Origin: an uncultured Candidatus Berkelbacteria bacterium
GTDB taxonomy: Bacteria; Patescibacteriota; UBA1384; UBA12157
Length of the DNA stretch: 44,842 bases
Direction: 5' to 3'
NCBI GenBank assembly: GCA_903877885.1
Contig: CAIRFN010000012.1
Span: 1-44,842, forward strand
The notes under the pieces were generated by a model. It was not told where the DNA came from. It searched no databases and saw only the letters and a program-made list of their open reading frames with translations. Positions 18,354 to 27,196 of this stretch are shown here, in pieces. The first letter of the stretch is position 1, and each line of letters begins with the position of its first letter. The translations under genes were made by a program, and so were the position numbers.

Positions 18354-19100
18354 CTATTTCTTTTCTAATTTAGGAGCATATTCTTCTCGCCAAAATCCAA
18401 TTAACCACCTATACCAAGTTCGATTCTTAATTCTATAATTTCTTTCAGCATCCTCTAGCAACATTAAACATGCATGGTGCCAAAAGTGTAACCTTTGATT
18501 ATCCTCTCGTAGCTTATCTCCAATATGATTAATATGCAGACCTACGTATAGCTCTACCAACTTTAATCTAAAAATTTCAACATCCGCTTTTTCTTCATTT
18601 TTTAAAAGCCCACCAACAACTTCGACAGCATCTGGCACATTCTCACCTTTAATCTTTAAGTGTAAATAAATGTTTTTACTAGGATTTTGCGAAAATTTGA
18701 ACATTCTAATATCTTCAAGAACGGCATTAAAACTAATGATTTCTTGATTAAGTCGAGTAATTGCGTCAACTAAGTCCTTACTTAAAATCATGATCTCTGG
18801 TACCAATAAAACTTGATTGAGATTCCCAGGCGATAAATTGAAAACCAATGAAAAAGGATCGCCCCAGTCGGCATTTTTTATTAATTCATCAAACTGGTCA
18901 ACACGGTACCCGCCTTTGTTCGCTCCAGCCCAGGATCCTATTACATTAAGTTGACTTCTGAGAGCTGTTATTAAATGTATAGTTTTCTTATATTCATTAA
19001 CTGAATATTTGATTTTTTGCTCAAAATACGAAAATACAGCGGTAATAACCGAGGCAGTTGTAATAATTGATGAAATATTTGCCCAGTCTTGTAAAATCAT
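18354..19100 (-). CDS. Hypothetical protein with N-terminal TM helix, inside hsd operon
   Basis: 248 aa; ATGA overlap with hsdS stop. Confidence 0.8.
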   Translation of the reverse strand: MILQDWANISSIITTASVITAVFSYFEQKIKYSVNEYKKTIHLITALRSQLNVIGSWAGANKGGYRVDQFDELIKNADWGDPFSLVFNLSPGNLNQVLLVPEIMILSKDLVDAITRLNQEIISFNAVLEDIRMFKFSQNPSKNIYLHLKIKGENVPDAVEVVGGLLKNEEKADVEIFRLKLVELYVGLHINHIGDKLREDNQRLHFWHHACLMLLEDAERNYRIKNRTWYRWLIGFWREEYAPKLEKK

Positions 19101-20251
19101 AGAAACATCTGCTGAAGCAGGGACTTTTTGAAAAGTTTAGCCTGCTCCAGCTCTTTATTTATTAAATCAACTTTATTATCTAATGCCGTCAAAAACTCCG
19201 CAATTTTTTCTTGCTCTTCTATAGACGGCAGTGCAAATTTTAATTTTTCAACGGCTGGATAATTGACGTAAATCTGTGTTCCGCCCTGAGAAATTTTAAA
19301 TATCTTTTTTCTAAACTGTATTGAATTCAAATAAAGCCAAGCAAATTTGGGCAAAATACTTGAGCAACAAATTAGACGCTCTGTTCGCTGATTGTAGACA
19401 TAGGTACTATCAGCATCTATCAAGATTGTTGAGCCAATTAGGTCACCTGATGAAGTTTTATCGTTTAATACCATCAAAAGATCATTTTTACTGGGAATTT
19501 TTAGGATTGTTTTTGGAGATAAGTTGATTCTTTGTTTATTGTCTATATATTTACCATCAGTTGAATAATTTCCAATCGATATAAATTTATGAGTTCCTTC
19601 TGCAATAACCCTATCTTCTAGCGAGGTTCCGCCGACATGATTGAATACGTCGCCCAATTTCTTTTCTTCCCAATCAGAATAATTTGAGCCGTCAGATTTT
19701 TTGAAACGGATTTTTTGACTGAAAATCGCCTGCATCACGCCTTTTTTGTATTTATCAAATCCTTTTTTCTTTTCTTCCAATTTCTGAATTTTCTCATCCA
19801 CCACCGTTAGAAATGAGGCAATTTTTGATTGCTCTTTTTCTTTTGGAACGGCAACTTTTATTCTTTCAATTGTTGTTTTGGATAAACTTGGAACTCCCGA
19901 AGCCTCGTTATATTTTTGCCAATTAATTTTTTGAAAAATTGAATACAGAAATTCAGGCAAAGCACCTTTATATTTATGGGTATAAAAAAGTGTATCAACG
20001 GTCCAAAATTTACCATCTAGAAATTGTGGCTTATCTATTGTTCCTTTGCGACCGATGCAAATGCTTTTGCCATCATACAAGTGGCCATTCACATAAAGCA
20101 TTAAGCCACCCGTACCGTAAACTGGTACATTGCCAGGCTTGAGATGTTTATAATCTCGGCCATTGCCAATACTTAAAATATCACCAAGCTTTTTTTCTTG
20201 CCAATCGTCGGTAAATTCCTTAAATCTAAGTTTTGGGGTATTTGTTTTCAT
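19097..20251 (-). CDS. hsdS: Type I R-M specificity subunit
   Basis: PKLRF..F..DW, two EQ.KIA.FL conserved regions, KK.LLQQMF. Confidence 0.96.
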   Translation of the reverse strand: MKTNTPKLRFKEFTDDWQEKKLGDILSIGNGRDYKHLKPGNVPVYGTGGLMLYVNGHLYDGKSICIGRKGTIDKPQFLDGKFWTVDTLFYTHKYKGALPEFLYSIFQKINWQKYNEASGVPSLSKTTIERIKVAVPKEKEQSKIASFLTVVDEKIQKLEEKKKGFDKYKKGVMQAIFSQKIRFKKSDGSNYSDWEEKKLGDVFNHVGGTSLEDRVIAEGTHKFISIGNYSTDGKYIDNKQRINLSPKTILKIPSKNDLLMVLNDKTSSGDLIGSTILIDADSTYVYNQRTERLICCSSILPKFAWLYLNSIQFRKKIFKISQGGTQIYVNYPAVEKLKFALPSIEEQEKIAEFLTALDNKVDLINKELEQAKLFKKSLLQQMFL

Positions 20252-20745
20252 TTTATTATCCCATTCCAATGGACTTTTGTTTTTACTACAGGTAATCTAG
20301 CTATTAAATCTGTTGTTTTCTTTTGGCATGCGCCAACTTTTACTAAAAATTTTTCAATATCAGCAATACTGAATCTAGTAGTTTTTAAATGCAAATCTTT
20401 TGACTCAGGCTTTAGCACAATTTCAGATCTTTCAATTTTGCCTTCGTCAATATCAGATTCTTTAAATATCCATTGATCATGGATATATCTATTCCTTTCT
20501 TGTGATACGTCTCTCGCTGATTCTTCGATAAAATCTTTAATATCTTTAAGAACGTCCAAGTCATCAACTTCATTTGAGTCCAAGTGACCTAAATACTTAA
20601 TTTTCTCTCCCAGAGTCATTCGGCTATCGATATTTGGGTTTTTTACCAATCGGAAAATTAAAATATTTGTTAACATATCCCAAGTAGCAAAAAATACACT
20701 AATATGACCGAACAATTTAAAAAAATCTTCATTAGTATGTTTCAT
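20248..20745 (-). CDS. Putative HEPN-domain protein
   Basis: Helical 165 aa with MTLG and RNRYIH (Rx4H) motif. Confidence 0.65.
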   Translation of the reverse strand: MKHTNEDFFKLFGHISVFFATWDMLTNILIFRLVKNPNIDSRMTLGEKIKYLGHLDSNEVDDLDVLKDIKDFIEESARDVSQERNRYIHDQWIFKESDIDEGKIERSEIVLKPESKDLHLKTTRFSIADIEKFLVKVGACQKKTTDLIARLPVVKTKVHWNGIIK

Positions 20746-20751
20746 TTTATC

Positions 20752-20814
20752 TTTTTCTTGTCATCCGTCAGTAAATTCTTTAAATCTAAGTTTTGGGGTA
20801 TTAGTTTTCATTTT
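20752..20814 (-). repeat. Degenerate duplicate of the hsdS 5' end (direct repeat of 20192..20254)
   Basis: 57/63 nt identical, 560 bp apart; encodes MKTNTPKLRFKEFTDG*QEK. Confidence 0.92.
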
Positions 20815-21470
20815 TTTGGTACCCTTAAAACAATCCAGAGCAACAGTCCGATAATAATACCTATTGGTAAAAATAAAGCTGACGATTTTCCTAGTAATTG
20901 CCACCAGTCAAGAGACAAAATATCGGGATTAAATCGGATCATTTTATCTGTTGATATGACAATAACAGCAAATATTGAGACAAAAACACCGAAGATACCA
21001 ATCATCTGTCTATAAATTTCACCAACTTTCCTGTTTGTTTCTTTCTCAAATTCCGACTTCACATCATTCTGATAAATTGCAATGGCTTCAACCATTTGAT
21101 TTACATCTTCAGCCGAGACCCTTGTTCCATCCAGTAATCGCGGAATTTGAAACTGGCCAATCTTGTTGGTTAAGCAAATTGGTTCCTTGCCAGTATAATT
21201 GTATAGACATATTTTGTCTTCTTCTCGTAATATATTAAGATGAGCAAATTTTTCTAATCGTGCATTTGCATCTGGCCCTGATAGTAGTCGCTTATCTCCA
21301 ATTAGCTCTACTATTGCATTGTCGATATTATCTTGACTAATTTTATTAAAATTATTATAAATATGGGTTCTCTGTACACGATTTGGTGTCTTTGCTAGTA
21401 CATAAGCAACAATAGCTTCTTTTAAATCTGCTTGTTTAATATCTATTTGATTATTTTGTTCTTTTCTCAT
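20808..21470 (-). CDS. Hypothetical protein: possible N-terminal winged helix, coiled coil, two C-terminal TM helices
   Basis: 220 aa; ATGA overlaps at both ends; hydrophobic segments MIGIFGVFVSIFAVIVI and LFLPIGIIIGLLLWIVL. Confidence 0.8.
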   Translation of the reverse strand: MRKEQNNQIDIKQADLKEAIVAYVLAKTPNRVQRTHIYNNFNKISQDNIDNAIVELIGDKRLLSGPDANARLEKFAHLNILREEDKICLYNYTGKEPICLTNKIGQFQIPRLLDGTRVSAEDVNQMVEAIAIYQNDVKSEFEKETNRKVGEIYRQMIGIFGVFVSIFAVIVISTDKMIRFNPDILSLDWWQLLGKSSALFLPIGIIIGLLLWIVLRVPKK

Positions 21471-23056
21471 TTCTCACCTCTAAAAGGCGAATTTATTCCG
21501 AGCTCTTTACAAAACCCAGTGATTTTTTGGTCAATTTCGATTGATTCAGTGTCGATTTTTTTGATTTCTTCAACAACTTTGTCAAGATCGATTTCTTCCT
21601 CTTCTTCAAAAGTATCGACATAGCGGGGAATATTTAAATTAAAATCGTTTTCGCGAATTTCACCGATTGTGGCCTTATGAGAATACTTTTCTATTTCTTT
21701 GCGGCTTTTGTATGTTTCAAAAATCTTGGCGATGTTTTCATTGGTCAGATGGTTTTGGTTTTTGCCTTTTTCAAATTCTCGAGAAGCATCGATAAATAAT
21801 ACGTCGCCATCTTCTTTGCGACATTTCTTGAAGACCAAGACTGTCGCTGGAATTGAAGTACCGTAAAAAAGATTCGCGGGAAGACCAATAACCGCATCGA
21901 GATAATTTTGCTTTTCGATGATATATTTTCTGATAATTCCTTCAGCGCCGGAGCGAAAAAGCACGCCGTGAGGGAGCACTATCGCCATTGTGCCATTATC
22001 AGCCAAATGGTAAAGCATATGAGTGACAAAGGCATAGTCAGCGGCGCCTTTTGGCGCAAGACGGCCATACTGTGAAAAACGATCATCATGGACCAAAGCT
22101 GGATCTTTTTCGCCTTTCCATTCAGCCGAAAATGGCGGATTGGCAACAATTGCTTCAGCTTTTAAGTCTGGATGCATATCATCGGTTAAAGTATCACCCT
22201 GAAGAATTTTAAAGTGATCAAAATGGACACCATGCAAAATCATATTCATGCGGGCAAGGTTGTAGGTCGTAGGATTGAGTTCTTGACCATAATAGTCGTT
22301 AACTTCGGCATATTCCTTAAGACGGAGTAATAAAGAACCTGAACCGCAGGTCGGATCAAAAACCGAACGAATACGTTTTTTGTCTTCCGTCACAATTTGA
22401 GCCAAAAGTCGAGAAACTTGTGCCGGAGTGTAGAATTCACCACCTTTTTTACCAGCACCAGAGGCAAACTCACCGATTAAGTATTCGTAAGCGTCGCCAA
22501 GCAAATCACTTTTAGCGTCATCAAGTTTGAAATCAATGCCAGCCAGTAATGATAAAACTTCAACAATGACTTCGTTTTTCTTATTTTCGCTTGAGCCAAG
22601 TTTTGAAGAAGTTAAATCGACATCATCAAAAAGACCTTTGAAATCATCTTCGCTGGCCGTACCCATGGAGGTTTGTTCAATCGTATTTAAAACGTTCTTA
22701 AGATCTTCAAGAATGAAAATCGAGTCCTCTTTTATCTGGCCTTTCCCCTTTTTGACTAAATAGGAAAATAGTTCGGATGGTTTGAGAAAAAAACCTAGAT
22801 GTGAGATGCAAGCTGTTTTAATGTGTTCTAGAATATCTTTGCCATCTTTGGTACTTTCTTTGATTTCTGAAAATTTAAATTTTTCACTTGAAAGTAGTTT
22901 TTCATCAACATAGAGTTCGAGTTTCTCCGAAAGATATTTGTAGAAAATAAAGCCTAAAATATAGTTTTTATATTCGTCAGCGTTCATTTTGCCACGAAGA
23001 GCATTAGCCACCGCCCAAAGCTGCTTCTCGAGTAATTGTTTTTGCTCATTTGACAT
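21467..23056 (-). CDS. hsdM: Type I R-M methyltransferase subunit (m6A)
   Basis: GEFYTP, DPTCGSGSLL, NPPF, PHGVLFR. Confidence 0.97.
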   Translation of the reverse strand: MSNEQKQLLEKQLWAVANALRGKMNADEYKNYILGFIFYKYLSEKLELYVDEKLLSSEKFKFSEIKESTKDGKDILEHIKTACISHLGFFLKPSELFSYLVKKGKGQIKEDSIFILEDLKNVLNTIEQTSMGTASEDDFKGLFDDVDLTSSKLGSSENKKNEVIVEVLSLLAGIDFKLDDAKSDLLGDAYEYLIGEFASGAGKKGGEFYTPAQVSRLLAQIVTEDKKRIRSVFDPTCGSGSLLLRLKEYAEVNDYYGQELNPTTYNLARMNMILHGVHFDHFKILQGDTLTDDMHPDLKAEAIVANPPFSAEWKGEKDPALVHDDRFSQYGRLAPKGAADYAFVTHMLYHLADNGTMAIVLPHGVLFRSGAEGIIRKYIIEKQNYLDAVIGLPANLFYGTSIPATVLVFKKCRKEDGDVLFIDASREFEKGKNQNHLTNENIAKIFETYKSRKEIEKYSHKATIGEIRENDFNLNIPRYVDTFEEEEEIDLDKVVEEIKKIDTESIEIDQKITGFCKELGINSPFRGEK

Positions 23057-23092
23057 AATTTAACCTCACGATTTTCTTATTTATCCCTTTCT

Positions 23093-23121
23093 ATTGTAGC
23101 CCTTACTGGTTAAATATACAA
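23093..23121 (-). promoter_or_regulatory. sigma70-type promoter of hsd operon
   Basis: TTGTAT-N17-TACAAT; near-duplicate at 24304..24332. Confidence 0.65.
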
Positions 23122-23139
23122 GAAGGAAGAAAAGAGAAA

Positions 23140-23334
23140 GAACTGGATCCTTGATGTCGGTGTTCAACAAAGCTCACACCGGCTCGAGGATGACAAAGAG
23201 AGAATGACGAAATGGATTTGTGGTATAATGGGAAAGAAGGAAATGGAACTGGATCCTTGATGTCGGATTAACATCCGGCTCGAGGATGACAAAGAGAGAA
23301 TGATAGATTGCTTCGACTGCGGTCTCGCAATGAC
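23140..23334. repeat. Cluster of REP-like palindromes: two family B copies (GAACTGGATCCTTGATGTCGG...CCGGCTCGAGGATGAC) and one family A copy
   Basis: Copies at 23140..23194, 23246..23290 and 23306..23334. Confidence 0.9.
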
Positions 23335-23367
23335 AAACATAATAATCAAAAAATAAGGAGTAAAAAA

Positions 23368-23766
23368 ATGTCGAATTTTAGTTTGAGTTTAGTTTCCGAA
23401 AACGGAAATCGGTTGGTGGATTTTTCAAACAACACCAACAATTTTGTGGAGGTGGTGCTGGATATCGACGGGTCGGTGATTAAAGGTTATTGCTATCCGC
23501 CGTTTCATCACAAGCCGATTCGAAAATTAAGAGATGGCCGGGCCTTGCCGTTTTCTAATTCCGGCCGCGTCCGCGCCTATATTTTTTCTGGTATTGGTCA
23601 ACTTAAAAATGATGTCGACTTGGATGTGCCGCCGTGGATTCGTCGTAAACTGTATGAAAAAGGCCATATTTCAACGGATCAAATTATTCAACAACCGCAT
23701 ATTCAAAAAGTGATTTTTCGCCGAACCAGTTTAAATCCGATTGAGATGCTGGAGATACCGTACTAA
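23368..23766 (+). CDS. Hypothetical protein (132 aa)
   Basis: TAAGGAG RBS before ATG 23368; the upstream ORF extension is repeat-derived. Confidence 0.8.
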   Translation: MSNFSLSLVSENGNRLVDFSNNTNNFVEVVLDIDGSVIKGYCYPPFHHKPIRKLRDGRALPFSNSGRVRAYIFSGIGQLKNDVDLDVPPWIRRKLYEKGHISTDQIIQQPHIQKVIFRRTSLNPIEMLEIPY

Positions 23767-23814
23767 AGTTAGTATTTTGTATTTTGAAGAGTGTATTTTG
23801 TATGGGAAATGATG

Positions 23815-23877
23815 GATTGCCACGACTGCGGTCTCGCAATGACAAAGATGAAGATCCTGAAACAAGTTCAGGATGAC
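23815..23877. repeat. Two REP-like palindromes (family A; GATCCTGAAACAAGTTCAGGATGAC)
   Basis: 23815..23843 and 23853..23877 between convergent genes; all end in ATGAC. Confidence 0.85.
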
Positions 23878-23883
23878 TATTAT

Positions 23884-24279
23884 TTATTTTCTCAACATTT
23901 TTTTGAGTGCGATGAGAAAATCGGGGAAAATGTCGAGTTTGGCGATTTCATCGATGGTTAGCCAATCGTATTCAATATGTTCGTCGCTTAAAATTATTGG
24001 CTCAACTCCCGCTTCGGCTTTGACACAAATAACAATATATTGGGTTTTATATGATTCACTGTTAAGCGTAAAAATATGGACAACTTTATTCATTTTGGTA
24101 TTTTTCCAGCCAAGTTCTTCTTCAATTTCCCTGGCAAAACAATCATCAATCGATTCGCCGAGTTCAATTTTACCGCCCGGAAATTCCCACCAATTTTTAT
24201 CTTCTTTGAGAACTAAAAATTTATCGTCTTTTTGAAAAATTCCTTTGATGGAAATTTTTTGTTTTTCAATATTGGACAT
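23884..24279 (-). CDS. NUDIX hydrolase
   Basis: PGGKIELGESIDDCFAREIEEELG Nudix box. Confidence 0.95.
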   Translation of the reverse strand: MSNIEKQKISIKGIFQKDDKFLVLKEDKNWWEFPGGKIELGESIDDCFAREIEEELGWKNTKMNKVVHIFTLNSESYKTQYIVICVKAEAGVEPIILSDEHIEYDWLTIDEIAKLDIFPDFLIALKKMLRK

Positions 24280-24345
24280 TTTTACCTCGTATTATTTATC
24301 ATAATTGTAGTCTTTACTGGTTGGTTTGGCAAGAAGGAGAAACGA

Positions 24346-24488
24346 GAACTGGATCCTTGATGTCGGATTACCATCCGGCTCGAGGATGACAATAACAACA
24401 CAAAAGAAAACAGCCGGTTGGGGCTGTTTTCTTGATATCTATTATATTCTGGATCCCGGATCTAGGACGCCGTCCTGTCTGGGATGAC
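24346..24488. repeat. REP-like family B copies flanking the rpsI terminator
   Basis: 24346..24390 near-identical to 23246..23290; variant at 24449..24488. Confidence 0.85.
24404..24433 (-). terminator. Intrinsic terminator of the ribosomal operon
   Basis: AAGAAAACAGCC-loop-GGCTGTTTTCTT hairpin downstream of rpsI. Confidence 0.75.
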
Positions 24489-24496
24489 AGTAAAAA

Positions 24497-24892
24497 TTAA
24501 CGTTTGGTCCATTGAGGAGCGCGTCGGGCGCCGCGGAGACCTGGTTTCTTGCGTTCTTTCATACGAGGATCGCGAGTTAAGAAACCTTCTTTTTTAAGGG
24601 TGGTGTGCCAGTCGGAATCAAATTTGTCGAGAGCGCGAGTAATACCGAGACGAATTGCATCGAGTTGAGATACAATGCCGCCACCGATGGTTTTAGCTTC
24701 AACATTGAAAGCTTTTTCTTGTCCCAAAACTTTAAGTGGTTCTAGATAAACACGGCTTGGATTGGCAACAACTTCGCCATTGACAGTAATTGTGCCAGTG
24801 CCTTTAGTTAAACGAACTTTAGCAATCGCAGTCTTGCGGCGGCCGAGTCCATACCAGTAATCAGCGATTTTAGTTTTATTGGTTTCTTCCAT
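24497..24892 (-). CDS. rpsI: 30S ribosomal protein S9
   Basis: GRRKTAIA, LTRDPRMKERKKPGL..ARRAPQWTKR. Confidence 0.98.
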   Translation of the reverse strand: MEETNKTKIADYWYGLGRRKTAIAKVRLTKGTGTITVNGEVVANPSRVYLEPLKVLGQEKAFNVEAKTIGGGIVSQLDAIRLGITRALDKFDSDWHTTLKKEGFLTRDPRMKERKKPGLRGARRAPQWTKR

Positions 24893-24907
24893 TTTTTTAT
24901 CCTTAAA

Positions 24908-25282
24908 TTAGTTAGTAATTTCCAAATTCTTCATCCAATGTTGGCGAAGTTTGTTGTCAGGTAACATACCATAAACCGCGCGTTCAATGATGGAAGCCGG
25001 GTTGGTAGCCATCAATTCCTTGGCGGAAACGGTTTTTAGGTTACCCAAATAACCGGTGTGATGATAATATTTCTTTTCATCAATCTTGCGACCGGTTAAA
25101 ACAATTTTAGCGGCATTGATAACTTTGACTTTTTCACCCATGACTAAATTCGGGCGAAAGCCTGGTTTATCTTTACCACGTAAAACCACGGCGATTTGAG
25201 AAGCTAGACGACCTAAAACTTGGCCGGCGGCATCAAATTCGCGGGTTAAGGTTTGATTATTTGTTAGATTTTCGTTTTGCAT
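24908..25282 (-). CDS. rplM: 50S ribosomal protein L13
   Basis: DAAGQVLGRLAS, YYHHTGYLG, AVYGMLP. Confidence 0.97.
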   Translation of the reverse strand: MQNENLTNNQTLTREFDAAGQVLGRLASQIAVVLRGKDKPGFRPNLVMGEKVKVINAAKIVLTGRKIDEKKYYHHTGYLGNLKTVSAKELMATNPASIIERAVYGMLPDNKLRQHWMKNLEITN

Positions 25283-25703
25283 TGGATTTGCCTTCTACTT
25301 CTTTTTTATCTTCGGCGACTATTTCTTTTTTATCTTCGGTTTTTTCTTTACTTACTTCTTTTTTGACTTCTGGGCGAAGTTCCAAAATCATCATTTCGGC
25401 AGCATCACCTTTGCGGCGAGCAGTTTTATATGAATGAATGAAACCAGTTGGAACGTTCTCATATCTTGGCATTAAAACATCGATAGTTTTATTAACCGCA
25501 TTTTCGTCAAACAAGTAAGCCAAAAGTTTACGACGACCATTAACATCACCTGGGCGAGCTGAATTAATTAAATGTTCAGCCACTGATTTTAATTCTTTAG
25601 CTTTAGCTTCGGTGGTAGTAATTCGCTCAAACAAAATCAAACTAGTCGTAAGGTTACGCAAAGTTGATTTTCGATAATCTGTTTTTCTTGATAATGATCG
25701 CAT
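25257..25703 (-). CDS. rplQ: 50S ribosomal protein L17
   Basis: ITTTEAKAKE, RKGDAAEM. Confidence 0.97.
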   Translation of the reverse strand: MRSLSRKTDYRKSTLRNLTTSLILFERITTTEAKAKELKSVAEHLINSARPGDVNGRRKLLAYLFDENAVNKTIDVLMPRYENVPTGFIHSYKTARRKGDAAEMMILELRPEVKKEVSKEKTEDKKEIVAEDKKEVEGKSNAKRKSNK

Positions 25704-25722
25704 GTATACCTACTTTTCTTGT

Positions 25723-26556
25723 TTAGTCTTTTTTAGCTTTTTTAATGGTTTTCTTAACTTTGGCGACTTTAACTTCTTCTTCCTCTTCTTCTTCGATTTC
25801 ATCAGCAACCACTTCTTCAATTTCTTCTTTTTTAGCTTTTTTAGCTGATTTTTTTTCGACAGGAGCGAAAGCGTCGCGGATAATCCCAAAATGCTCAACA
25901 ATGATACCAGCAGCGCGGTTTAAGGCTTCTTCTGGATCAAGTGAACCATCGGTAGCAATTTCCAAAGTGATTTTATCAAAGTTGGTCATGCCGCCGACGC
26001 GGGTATTTTCGACTTCGTAATGAACTTTTTTAACTGGTGTAAAAATGGAATCAACGGCAATGGTGCCAAGTGGCATTTTTTCTTCGCCGCGTCGTTCAAC
26101 TGGAACATAACCGCGACCTTTGGCCACTGTGATTTCCATTTCCAATTTAGCGGTTTTGTCTAAGGTAGCCAAGAAAACATCTTTGTTGACCACTTCACAA
26201 GCAGAATTTGCCGAAAAATCAGCAGCGGTGACTTGTTTTGGACCTTTGACTGACATTTTCAAAACCACTGGTTCATCTTGATGAAGTTTGAAACGCAAAG
26301 TTTTCAAGTTTAAAATAATTTCTACAACATCTTCTTTGATACCAGGAACAGTGGTGAATTCGTGGGTCGCACCTTCAATTTTGATTGAAGTGATCGCCGC
26401 GCCTTCAAGACTGGAAAGCAAAACTCGGCGAAGAGCATTAGCCACAGTCACACCATATCCAGGAGAAAGTGGTTCAATGACAAAGGTGCCATTGTTGTCC
26501 AATTTTTCCATTGTTTTAATTTGTAATAAGCTGGTTTCTGGTAAAATGTAATCCAT
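25723..26556 (-). CDS. rpoA: RNA polymerase alpha subunit lacking the alpha-CTD
   Basis: EPLSPGYGVTVANALRRVLLSS, HEFTTVPG, KGRGY; start at ATG 26556 after GAGGT. Confidence 0.96.
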   Translation of the reverse strand: MDYILPETSLLQIKTMEKLDNNGTFVIEPLSPGYGVTVANALRRVLLSSLEGAAITSIKIEGATHEFTTVPGIKEDVVEIILNLKTLRFKLHQDEPVVLKMSVKGPKQVTAADFSANSACEVVNKDVFLATLDKTAKLEMEITVAKGRGYVPVERRGEEKMPLGTIAVDSIFTPVKKVHYEVENTRVGGMTNFDKITLEIATDGSLDPEEALNRAAGIIVEHFGIIRDAFAPVEKKSAKKAKKEEIEEVVADEIEEEEEEEVKVAKVKKTIKKAKKD

Positions 26557-26602
26557 TTTGACCTCTTTTTTATTAATATTGATATTAATTTGATTTACTA
26601 TA

Positions 26603-27196
26603 CTAACGGGAATAGAATTCGACGACGAGTTGTTCATCGATTGGAGTTTCAATTTCCTCTCGAGTTGGCAAACTGACAATTTCAGCTTTCAAAGCTTTTA
26701 CTTTTAACCAAGCTGGAATTTGCGCTTTTTCCACTGAAGTATTTTGAATTAATTCCGTGTTAGCTGGTTCTAAACTATCTTTAACTTTAACCTGATATGA
26801 AGGAATATCCACAACTTTGTCATTTACTTTAATATGACCATGGTTGACTAACTGTCTGGCTTGAATGCGAGAGCTAGCCCAACCAAGTCGGTAAATAACA
26901 TTGTCTAATCGGGTTTCTAATAATTTCAACATGGCATCGCCGGTGGCTTCTTCGCTATGGGCGGCTTTATCGAATGTCAAACTAAATTGACGTTCGCGAA
27001 GACCATATTCCATTTTAGCCATTTGTTTGGCTTGGAGTTGCAAACCATATTCTGACTTTTTACTCTTGCGGGCGGCGCCGTGTGAGCCTGGACCATAGGC
27101 GCGACGAACTACGCCGCATTTAGGACTATTACAACGTTCACCTTTTAAGAAAAGTTTTTCGCCGAATTTACGGCAGGTACGACATTTGTTTTCCAT
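26603..27196 (-). CDS. rpsD: 30S ribosomal protein S4
   Basis: CRTCR..GEKLFLKG, ETRLDN, ARQLVNHGH, VVEFYSR. Confidence 0.97.
   Translation of the reverse strand: MENKCRTCRKFGEKLFLKGERCNSPKCGVVRRAYGPGSHGAARKSKKSEYGLQLQAKQMAKMEYGLRERQFSLTFDKAAHSEEATGDAMLKLLETRLDNVIYRLGWASSRIQARQLVNHGHIKVNDKVVDIPSYQVKVKDSLEPANTELIQNTSVEKAQIPAWLKVKALKAEIVSLPTREEIETPIDEQLVVEFYSR

Noticed and set aside
19097-20251. hsdS shufflon
   Set aside because: Only one complete hsdS, no inverted silent TRDs and no adjacent invertase
20761-20763. In-frame TGA as a sign of genetic code 25 or 4
   Set aside because: Many clear genes (rpmF neighbours, hsdM, hsdS, msrA, adk) end at TGA overlaps and long ORFs contain no internal TGA
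23164-23367. 61-aa minus ORF and the N-terminal extension of the 152-aa ORF
   Set aside because: Both are translations of REP-like repeats
23140-24488. Repeat cluster as a CRISPR array or integron attC array
   Set aside because: Irregular spacing, several repeat types with variable internal loops, no RYYYAAC/GTTRRRY boxes and no tyrosine integrase
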